64,000 nt of DNA. Origin: Heterodontus francisci. Lineage: Eukaryota. The notes beneath the pieces are model-generated. The model did not search any database. It was not told the origin of the DNA and worked only from the letters and a program-made list of their open reading frames with translations. The stretch spans positions 72,591,757-72,655,756 of the forward strand of contig NC_090380.1 of NCBI RefSeq assembly GCF_036365525.1, in the 5' to 3' direction. The stretch's first letter is position 1, and every line of letters begins with the position of its first letter. The translations under genes and the position numbers were made by a program. This document shows, one piece after another, positions 52,201-61,637 of the stretch.

Positions 52201-54095
52201 TTGGATGTGGAGTAACTGGGGGTAGCGAACATTTATTCCCTTTCTGAACAACTTACCTTTGCTGTGAACAAAACTTTTCCTTGCTGACCTGACGACTGTA
52301 ACGTGTTGAACCTGACAGGTGACGGTGGTTCCCTGGTCCCAGTAACTGTCTGTAATCCGCAGCCGGGAGCTCAGGTTGTAAGTGCTGTCACTGTTTTCTA
52401 TCAGGGAACCCGGTTCTGTTTGATAGGAGACATCTCCCGTTACAAACCAAGACATGTTCAGATTTCTTGGGAAAAATCCCGCAGCCAAACAAGTCAGAGT
52501 CTGAATGGCAACAACTTCATTCTCGGGATCCGCAGAGAGAGATACTTCAGGTTCCGCTAAATAAACACATTAAAATAACGTAAATTATATCAAAACAAAA
52601 ATTGCTGGAAATACTCACAGGTGCGAGGGAAAGCGAAACAGAGTTAACGTTTCAGGTTAATGGCCTTTTCAGTTCTGATGGAAATTTGATACTAAATGGG
52701 GAATTACTGAATCAGTTTGACTAGATTATCAATATACAAATCACAAGATCATTCGATGATTGTATGGAGCTTTCAGTAGAGAATTGGATAGAGAACGTGA
52801 AGAGAAAAAAATTTGCAGGCTACGGGAAAAGGTAGTGGGACGAGCTGAGCTGCTGTTGTAGAGAGCTGGCACGGACACGACGGCCCGAACGGTCTCCTTC
52901 TGTGCTGTAACTATTCCATCTATGATCAGATACATAAAGTATAACACATCTACCCTAATGAAATAACTGGCCAGAATAATATCCCATGATTTTACAATAT
53001 AATTTGTTCGGGCACAAATTCACTTTGTTTTTCTTTATTTCATTGACGATATTGGTTTAAATGACAACACCTATTTCACAAAGCAGTCATGCTATTTGCA
53101 ATAAAAACAAGAAATGCTGGAACCACTCAGCAGGTCTGGCAGCATCTGTGAAAAGAGAAACAGAGTTAACGTTTCGGGTCAGTGACCCTTCTTCGCAATG
53201 CTATTTGCAATTCGTTTGCTATATAAATAACATTCCTCTGTTAGTATAGAACTGTGCAGCACAAAAGAAGGCCACTTAGCCCATATTGCTTGTGCCTTTG
53301 AAAGAGCTATTCAATTAGTCACACTCCCCTGCCTTTTTTCTCCTGCTCAAGCATTTATCCAATATCCTGTATTTGTATTAGCATTACCCAGTTTTGTCTT
53401 TTGGTTATTTTCCATCAAAACCAAGTTTTTAAAAACTATATGAAAGTACCTTCTGTTTAATAGTTATTGTGAAATGAAAGTTAAACGCTGGTTCAGTCCA
53501 GCTCCCAGTGCACTGAGCATATCAATCCAGATTAGGTGTCCGTGTGGAGCTAATTCTAGTTCCTTTGCCCCATACATTGAACTAATTCAGTTTTAGTTAA
53601 TCTAATTACCTTCGATGTTCAGTTTTGTTCCTTCTCCTGTGAAGCTTTTCCAGGGCCGAGGCTTCACTCTAAGGACCAGGCAGTGGTAAGGGTCGGAATC
53701 GTCCACAATCACCTCCCGAATGACAAGTGAACCCCGAGGCATCGATACAGACACGCGAGAGCTTTGATTGAGGAATTTCCTGGTTTCGTTGCATCCGATG
53801 CCAGGATTGTCTCTTGCCCTACACCAATAATATTTCACCGAATCCATTCGCTCCTCTCCGGGTATCAGGATGCAGTTGATCCGAGCTGTCTGTCCTCTCA
53901 GGAGGGACAGAACTGAAGGAGACTGGATCACTTCCAGACCGACAGCAGGCCCTGGGACATAAAATTACAAGAAGTAGGAACATAAAATTCAAATAATCTG
54001 AGTACAACTGGAATTACTGATAACTGGAGTCAAAGTGAAAGCTTACCTAAGACAAGGAGCCAGAGTTTGAGAACAATGTTTGTAAATGCACCCAT
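49113..54095 (-). CDS. Non-rearranging antigen-receptor-like IgSF gene (leader, VJ, C1, CP, TM), ~267 aa; VJ-C1/PRARP-like family
   Basis: Exons 54047-54095 (leader), 53610-53951 (VJ), 52257-52556 (C1), 51304-51321 (CP micro-exon), 49113-49207 (TM plus stop). All junctions are phase 1 with canonical GT/AG and the frame is open throughout. Confidence 0.88.
49771..50082 (+). mobile_element. HE1-like V-SINE in the CP-TM intron
   Basis: A/B boxes, V-core, (ctaaa)n tail; flanking acatct repeat; absent from the duplicate at ~57735. Confidence 0.88.
51304..51321 (-). CDS. Putative 18-nt connecting-peptide micro-exon, (G)YQSTT
   Basis: ctcatag|GCTACCAAAGTACTACCT|gtaagc; frame-preserving; homologous 18-mer in the duplicate. 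Confidence 0.6.
52257..52556 (-). CDS. C1-set Ig constant domain exon
   Basis: PEVSL..LTCLAAGFFPRNLNMSW..NSDSTYNLSSRL..WDQGTTVTCQVQH; 300 nt; atttag|CG and AAAG|gtaagt. Confidence 0.92.
52590..52680 (-). mobile_element. Short Penelope-derived element fragment
   Basis: tgctggaaatactca...acagagttaacgtttcaggt. Confidence 0.6.
53100..53196 (-). mobile_element. Short Penelope-derived element fragment
   Basis: tgctggaaccactcagcaggtctggcagcatctg...gttaacgtttcgggtcagtgaccc. Confidence 0.7.
53610..53951 (-). CDS. V-set Ig exon with fused J-like segment
   Basis: VIQSP..GQTARINC..YYWC..SLVIREVIVDDSDPYHC..FTGEGTKLNIE; tcccag|GG and GAAG|gtaatt. Confidence 0.92.
54047..54095 (-). CDS. Signal-peptide exon MGAFTNIVLKLWLLVL(G)
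   Basis: 49-nt exon ATG...TTAG|gtaagc followed by a 95-nt intron, as in Ig/TCR V leaders. Confidence 0.85.
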
Positions 54096-54099
54096 ATTG

Positions 54100-54250
54100 C
54101 TGATGAAGACACCCTGTCACCGGTTGGTTACACCTGTTGGTTATTCTAAAGAAAATTAAGATCGCTGAAAAATGATTGTGGTTTAGCGCACTATGCGTCA
54201 TATCACATTGGCTGCTGGTTGCATGCACACATGTATAATATATATATAAG
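54100..54250 (-). promoter_or_regulatory. Putative proximal promoter of the VJ-C1 gene
   Basis: E-box CACCTG 54131-54136, RUNX site TGTGGTT 54177-54183, CRE-like TGACGCA 54200-54194, CCAAT 54211-54207, all within ~120 nt of the ATG. Confidence 0.45.
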
Positions 54251-54371
54251 CGTCCAGTGCCCAGCTAAATATAGGGCTCCCAGTAAAACGCACCCTGACG
54301 CAGAAAAATTGCATTCAAGTATGCGATTACTTTCTTTAAACATACTTTATTGTGACATGATTTTCGGCATT

Positions 54372-54721
54372 ATTTAGATTTTTTATTTTTTTAGAGACAC
54401 AGCACTGAAACAGGCCCTTTGGCCCACCGAGTCCGTGCCGACCAACAACCACCCATTTATACTAATCCTACACTAATTCCATATTCCTACCACATCCCCA
54501 CCTGTCCCTATATTTCCCTACCACCTACCTATACTAGGGGCAATTTATAATGGCCAATTTACCTATCAACCTGCAAGTCTTTGGCATGTGGGAGGAAACC
54601 GGAGCACCCGGAGAAAACCCACGCAGACACAGAGAGAACTTGCAAACTCCACACAGGCAGTACCCAGAATTGAACCCGGGTCGCTGGAGCTGTGAGGCTG
54701 CAGTGCTAACCACTATGCCGC
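54372..54721 (-). mobile_element. HE1-like V-SINE
   Basis: Reverse complement of the 25876 and 49771 SINEs. Confidence 0.88.
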
Positions 54722-54844
54722 AGTGGAGTGTGTCAATATTCTGGACCTATTCCAGCACTTTACCATATGTTTGTGTTTGAATGGTTTGGGGAGAGGTGGG
54801 GGGGGGGGGGGGGGCGGGTGATCATTGGTAGAGAGCAGGGGAAA

Positions 54845-55185
54845 TGCTAGAATCTATTATTAGGGATATGGCACTTCAAAATCATAATATGAGTAGGCAA
54901 AGTCAACACGGACTGAGAAAGGGCAAATCATGTTTGACAAATCCGTTAGGGTTTTTTGAGATGTAACTAGCAGGGTTGATAAGGGGGAAGCCAGTGGATA
55001 TCGTGTATTTGGATTTTTTAAAAAGCGCTGGATAAGATGCCACACAAGAGGTCACTACACAAAAATAGGGAAGATGGAATTGGCAGTAATATATTAGCAT
55101 GGATTGAGGGTTAATAATGGACAAAAAACAAAGAGTAGGAATAAACTGGTCATTTTTGGGTTAGCAGGCTATAACTAGCAAGGTA
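54845..55185 (+). mobile_element. CR1 RT internal fragment at the duplication boundary
   Basis: SQHGLRKGKSCLTN, VDIVYLDF motifs. Confidence 0.75.
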
Positions 55186-55192
55186 TCATTTT

Positions 55193-58100
55193 TATATTTG
55201 ATGTATGGAGTTTCTCTACTTCAAGAATGAATTACTCAGCAACTCCAACCCAGTCTGAAGCCAGATATTGTCTACATGACTGGGAAAATGTGACCGACAT
55301 AGGGAACTGAAATTATTTGTTTGGTTCTTACAGCCTGGCAAAAAAGGTGTTTTTAAACAAGCGGCTACTTGACTTTGATCAGTTGTAGGAAAACAACTCC
55401 CAATTAAAATGACGATTTGCTATATCAAAGTATATATGATTTCAGTTTGGTCAGAACATTGCTTTCCTAACTTGGTGCTTGTTATTTTTATAGACTGAAT
55501 GTAAGATGGAAAATTCATCATTAAAGTAAATACATTTGATTACTTTCTGCAAAGTACTTTGGAAAAGTTTTTGTGATTTGGTTTCTTTCAATAACTGATC
55601 CATTTCCCACTTGCAACATCTTTTAAGATGCAGAGCAATTGTTTAACCACGAATGGTTTTAACATTGAGAAAGATTTGGTGAATCATATAATGAGTTAAT
55701 GTCCTACTGTCTCTGAAGTGTATGAATTCGACTCCAGCTCAGATTGCAACGGAAACCCTTTTTGCTAGTGATTGTTGGTGCATTGCCCAAAACCGCCAAC
55801 AATTCAACACAAATTGGCACTAAATTTCAGTCTTGTTGGATAGCGCAGATGCCAGGTTCAAGGCACATTGTTGGAGCAAAGCAGAGTAATGTTTATTCTG
55901 CAACTCCAACCTTGGAATGATTCAGTATGACATGGGGAGAGCAAAAACAAACAAGAGAAACCAAAACAAGCAGAAGCAATCGCCAAAATGTAATTTAAGT
56001 CAAAATAATTGTGATTTGATCCAACCTCCGTTGTGTGGAGGTCCATGTGAGAAATGAGAGCTTGATTTATATTCTACTTAAAAATGAAATGTGTTATTGT
56101 GGTTCACTGCCTTTGGCTACAAGGACTGAAATAAAGTTATGTTACTCTAGGTTATACCTATGATACAATCTTAGAATGTAATTATTCAGGTGTAATCCAG
56201 AGAGATTCCAACCGTTGAAAGTCTGTAATTTGTTTCAATTAGTGTTTTTCAAAGTGTTTTGTGGAGGATCCCTTCCAAATCGTGCAAACACTCCACAGGA
56301 CAATCAATCTGACTTGGGAAAAAAAGTTACCCCATCACAAAGGAAATCAATGTTGTCCTGGTAGAAAATATTTCTAGTAGTTTAAAGCAAAATGGACATA
56401 AGCCAACAATTATAGAAAGCTGATGAGTTTGTGCCAGCCCAGTTTAAAAACATGGGTTGAGCATCATGTAATAGGTTGAATTAGTTGAAGTACAGATTTT
56501 TTATTTGCTGATGAGATTTTCTTTAACTGTTGGCATTATGTAACCTGTTGAGATCTCTTTTATTGATTCTACAATATATGCATTTCTTGCAAGTTGACAG
56601 TTAATGTGTTTCTGGACAAAAAATATTTTACCTGTTTGCCATGTATACAGTTTCTAAATAAATCTTTTGGAATAGCTCTTTTATTTAATGGATTGCAAAG
56701 CGAAGCCTAAAACATTCATTTTTATGAAATAAGTAAATGAGCATTATAAATAATTATCATCAAAACTGGAACCAGTAACAAAAAGCGATTCATGTCATTA
56801 CTTATACAGATCTCCCGATTACCTTTCAGAAGGACAGGAGCTGGTAATGCCGCGAGAACTTTTGAGAAATAAAAGTAGAATCATCCAAATATTTATCACA
56901 CAAAAGCATGCTAGATAATCGCATTTCTTGCCATTTACTTGCGAATCTGAACACCGATCACTGCCATCAGTAACAAACTCAATCCCACAAAGATGGTGAG
57001 GTAGCGTATGATTACCGACAGGAATCTGTAAATGGAGTAAGTACATAGGGTGAGTTCACCCGGCTCTGATAAAAGATTGATAACGCGTTAACCTATTCTT
57101 CTGCTTCTTTAATTGAACTGAAGGATTTACTTTAACTGGGCTAATAACTTTGTCAAAATAACAAATTCAGGTCTGTCATAAATATCTTCCTGAGTTTCAG
57201 TGGCTTTAGTCTCTTCCCTAAGTGATCGGAGCATCTTTCAATGGAATTAACTCACGCTACCTTATATTTATTGTATAATAGCATAACTCAGGGTGTAACA
57301 ATAACATCCACTCCAGATCTGAATTTGATATTTATTTTACGGGTGCTTCTTTAATCTTCTCGAAGTGGATCGCGCGCCCAAACACTTATTCAGACAAGAC
57401 CACGTACGAATTACAAGGCTGCTTTGTTACAGTAACGAGACCATGCATGACAACAGTTGTGCTTTGATGCACATAATTCAATCAGATCAAATTACCTTCC
57501 CATATTAATATAAAATAACTCACCATGCTTCCCCCATCGACAGATTATCTTTTGCCTTAAACAAGATTCCTTCTCACTGCGCCCCCCCAGTATTTCTAAT
57601 CCCTGTCTGTGAAAACCCTTACACCAGTCTGTTTAAACATTTAACCGACTGCCAGTGTCTCTGTCTCTATTTTAATCTCCCTTTGTTCGGAGATCAAAAA
57701 TGGTCAATAAGTTTCCCAATGTGACACACTCCAACATCTAATAAGCCACTCTAGTCTTTGCAGGTCTTCAGTGTCGCAATCGTCAAGCGCAGTTGCACAC
57801 GTCAATCTGCATTAAGATATGTGATTTACTGCTCCTATGAATCAGGTGTAAGAAGCTGAAAAACTTAAGATACTTACCAAAATCATTTAAGCTGATTTAC
57901 ATAATATGATGAATTGTGTTTTAAATTATATTAATGTCAATTCTGTCTTAACCAAAAACACGTGGTTAAGCATATTACTGCACATGATTATTACTTAAGC
58001 AGGCTTTTGATAAGCTAACCTTGCCATTTAATTTGTGTCTTATTATGGATTAACAACATGTCAAAATGTTGGTTCAGTTTTTAGATACTGCGCAGTTTAA

Positions 58101-59850
58101 GTGTCTGAACCTGTGACTTTAAATGGAGAACAAATTGTTTTTCATGTACATGGGTCTTAAATCGAAAGTAAAATCAACAGCTCATATAATACATATGGTT
58201 AACCTTTAATACAGTTAATACATCCCCAGCATATACACCCTTCTGAGCCAGCAGGACTTGAGATGGCTTGGCCATGTGAGCCGCATGGAAGATGGCAGGA
58301 TCCGCAAGGACACATTGTACAGCGAGCTCGTCACTGGTATCAGACCCACCAGCCGTCCATTTCTCCGCTTTAAAGACGTCTGCAAACGCGACATGAAGTT
58401 CTGTGACATTGACCACAAGTCGTGGGAGATAGTTGCCAATGATCGCCAGAGCTGGCGGACAGCCATAAAAGCGGGGCTAAGGAGTGGTGAGTCGAAGAAA
58501 TTTAGCAGTTGGCAGGAAAAAATACAGAAGTGCAAGGAGAGAGCCAACTGTGTAACAGCCCCGACAACCAATTTTATCTGCAGTGCCTGTGGAAGAGTCT
58601 GTCACTCTAGAATTGGCCTTTATAGCCACTCCAGGTACTGCTCCACAAACCACTGACCACCTCTAGGCGTTTACCCATTGTCTCTCGAGACAAGGAGGCC
58701 AAAGAAAGAGAGAACCCCCAACCGTTAATGATGCTGCTTAAACTAGTTGACCTACACATGAACATTGCATGGAATATATTCCAGACCCCATTTCTGTTAC
58801 CGTGTGGTTGCCTATCCAACTCTCCATCCCCTTAGTTTTTTGTCCAGACTGCTGACCGTCTCTCTACTCAGTCCCACTTACTGCTTTATTTTATTAGTTC
58901 TGTCATTTGTACTTATGAGATACAACCATTTTCATATATATGTAAAACAAAACCTATGTAAAAGAAACTTGCTTTTAATAATAAGGAATTATCCTATTTT
59001 ATCGTGTGCAATATGCTTCAGCCCAATTTAATTAAGTAACATATAGATCTAAAAACTATTATATTAATATTCTAATTTAATTAGTTTAAAACTAGAATAT
59101 CATTTTACATTGTACTCTAAATTGACTTATCGGTAGTAGTTTGGCAGTAAATAAGGTGACTGAACTAAACGTTGATTATTAGTTGGGAGGACTTTTGTGA
59201 TAAGTTATGATTGATATGATAAAAATGATATAATTATCCTTTATATGGAATATGTAAAACTTTGCAGTAATATATTTTATGAATGCTATTAGTTAAGAGC
59301 AGTTAGATCTAAAAATGATGCAGATAGATTAGAATCATTTGTTCTCTTCTGGCTATAATAAATAAGCCAGGGTATAATTTTCAACCATAAATGTTCTCAG
59401 TGTTATAATTAGAGTAAAACAATAGACTATGTCCATCAAACAGTTTGTTTATCAGTTGTAAGCGACAGTTTAAAATGTTCTGTTCCACACTGTACCTTAA
59501 TACTGATATGTAGTGAGGTACATATCAAACACTAACTACACACACATTGCTTATCAACGTAACAACAGTTCTGCATCTAGAATTCAGATGGCATAACCTG
59601 GGGGTTTTCACAAATATGCAGCATTTAGTGATCCAATTTAATCTTTTCATAGGTCCAGTCAAATACTTCGGGGTGCAATGTTATCTACATATATTTCTAA
59701 TGAATAGCGACCAGAAGTACATTTTTACAAAGGCACAGTTAATTTCCGACAAAAAAACTCAGATTGATTTTAAGTAAGATTGTCATCTGTACTGACCTAT
59801 ATCTTTTATATAAATACCCCGAGAATCTGCTCGCTAATAGGATTGTCACT
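55193..59850 (-). pseudogene. Diverged tandem duplicate of the 3' half of the VJ-C1 gene (micro-exon, TM exon, 3' flank); possibly a pseudogene or variant paralog
   Basis: Colinear similarity to ~46490-52015. TM exon 56932-57025 (FLSVIIRYLTIFVGLSLLLMAVIGVQIRK*) with a 4-nt deletion near the acceptor and a GC donor. Micro-exon 59131-59148 has both splice sites mutated. Confidence 0.8.
58220..58712 (+). mobile_element. RTE LINE 3' fragment, present only in the duplicate
   Basis: RWLGHVSRMEDGRI...[21 protein letters not shown]; same family as 30588-31938. Confidence 0.88.
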
Positions 59851-61065
59851 AAAATAAAAGCAAAATACTGCGGATGCTGGAAATCTGAAATAAAAATGGA
59901 CAGTGCTGGAAATACTCAGCAGGTCTGGCAGCATCTGTGGAGAGAGAAGCAGAGTTAACGTTTCAGGTCAGTGACCCTTCATCAGAATTGGCAAAGGTTA
60001 GAAACGTAATAGGTTTTATGCAAGTAAAGCGGGGCTGGTGGTGGGGGTGAGGGAGAGAACAAAAGGGAAGGTGTGAGATAGGCAGAGGGCAGGAGAGATT
60101 AACTGACAAGGAGATCATAGGGCAAAGGCAAACAGAGTGTGTTAATGGTGTGGTGAAAGACAAACATTTGTGCAGAGAGAGTGTTAATGACAGAATAATG
60201 AACAGGCCTAGTCAAAAGCACAAACATGAAAACCCAGTATAAGGCAGGTACATGGTTAAAAAAAGATGAAAGAACAAACTAAAATAAAATAATAAAAGGG
60301 CCAATCATGCTCTGAAATTATTGAACACAAAGTTCACCCTGGAAGGCTATAGAGTGCCTAATCAGATGATGAAGTGCTGTTCCTTGAGCTTGCATTGATG
60401 TTCACTGGAACACTGTAGCAAGCCCAGGCCAAAGATGTGGGCATGAGAGCAGGAGGGTGTGTTGAAATGGCAAGCGACCAGAAGTTTGGGGTCATGTTTT
60501 TGGACTGAGCAGAGGTATTCCACAAAGCGGTCACCCAATCTGCGTTTGGTCTCCCCAGTGTAGAGGCGGCCGCATTGTGAGCAGCGAATTCAGTATTCTA
60601 AATTGAAAGAAGTACAAGTAAATTGTTGCTTCACCTGAAAGGAGTACTTGGGACCTTGGATGATGAGGAGAGGAGGTAAAAGGGCAGGTATTACACCATC
60701 TGCGATTGCATGGGAAGGTGCCATAGGAAGTGAACGAGGTATCGGGTAATGGAGAAATGGACCAGGGTGTCGCGGAGGGAATGATACCTTCTGAATGCTG
60801 ACGGGGGGTGGGGGGAGATGCGTTTGGTGGTGGCATCACATTGGAGGTGGCAGAAATGTCAGTGGATGACCTTTTGGATGTGGAGGCTGGTGGGGTGGAA
60901 AATGAGGACAAGGGGAACCCTGTTGCAGTTCTGGGAGGGAGGGGAAGGGGTGATGGCAGAAGTGCAGGAAATAGGTTGGACACAGTTGATGGCCCTGTCA
61001 ACCACAGTGAGGGGGAATTCTCAGTTGAAGAAAAAAGACATATCAGAAATGCTGTTGTGGACGGT
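59850..61065 (-). mobile_element. Penelope-like retroelement 3' part (GIY-YIG endonuclease and terminal region)
   Basis: PCNRRWCNTC..FTCTS..IRCSQCGRLYTGETKRRL (frameshifted); terminal region matches the short dispersed elements. Confidence 0.8.
59953..59989 (-). ncRNA. Minimal type I hammerhead ribozyme motif
   Basis: aatt CUGAUGA-A-GGGUC-ACU-GACCU-GAAA-CGUU aacu on the - strand. Confidence 0.55.
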
Positions 61066-61069
61066 TGCA

Positions 61070-61462
61070 TCACTTCACCCTTGGAAGGCCTGGGTCTAAC
61101 CTTTAGACTATGTACTCTAGTCCCTGAGTCCAAGAGTCCCCAAATAATCTCTGTCTACCTACCCTATCAATTCCCCTTAATATCTTGAAAATTTTGATCA
61201 GATCACCCCATAACTTTCTAAATTCCAGGAAATACAATCCTAGTTTCCTCATAATTTAACTCTTGGAGTTCAGTTTTCTTTCAGTAAAACTACTCTGCAC
61301 TCACTTCAAGGCTAATCTATCCTTCTTAAGGTGTACTGCCACAACTAAACTTTGAGTAGCTGAAGCATAATTTCTATCGCCTTGTATTCTGGTCCTCTAG
61401 ATACAAAGGTCAGCATTCCATTAGTCTTTTTCATTATTTTCTGTACCTGTTTATTATGATCT
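61070..61462 (-). mobile_element. CR1 fragment
   Basis: Reverse-strand RT C-terminus / 3' region. Confidence 0.6.
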
Positions 61463-61637
61463 CTTTAGGAATGGCTAACTTTTAAAAGGAGTAAGTTGAA
61501 TTCCCAGTTATTACTGAAAGAATTATGCCATAGGATTTCATATTTTGAACAAAAAACTTTACTGTACAAAGAAGTAAACAAAGCAAAACACTCATAACTT
61601 AACACTACTGTTTGTAAACACATACTTTAAACTTAAT

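Noticed and set aside
52257-53951. Calling the gene a germline-joined Ig light chain, a TCR chain, NKp30 or B7-H4/VTCN1
   Set aside because: It has a TM exon (unlike IgL), lacks WYQQ/WYRQ, RSS and the TM Lys (unlike TCR), has a C1 domain (unlike NKp30), and has a J motif with a charged TM (unlike B7-H4). No gene symbol assigned without a search.
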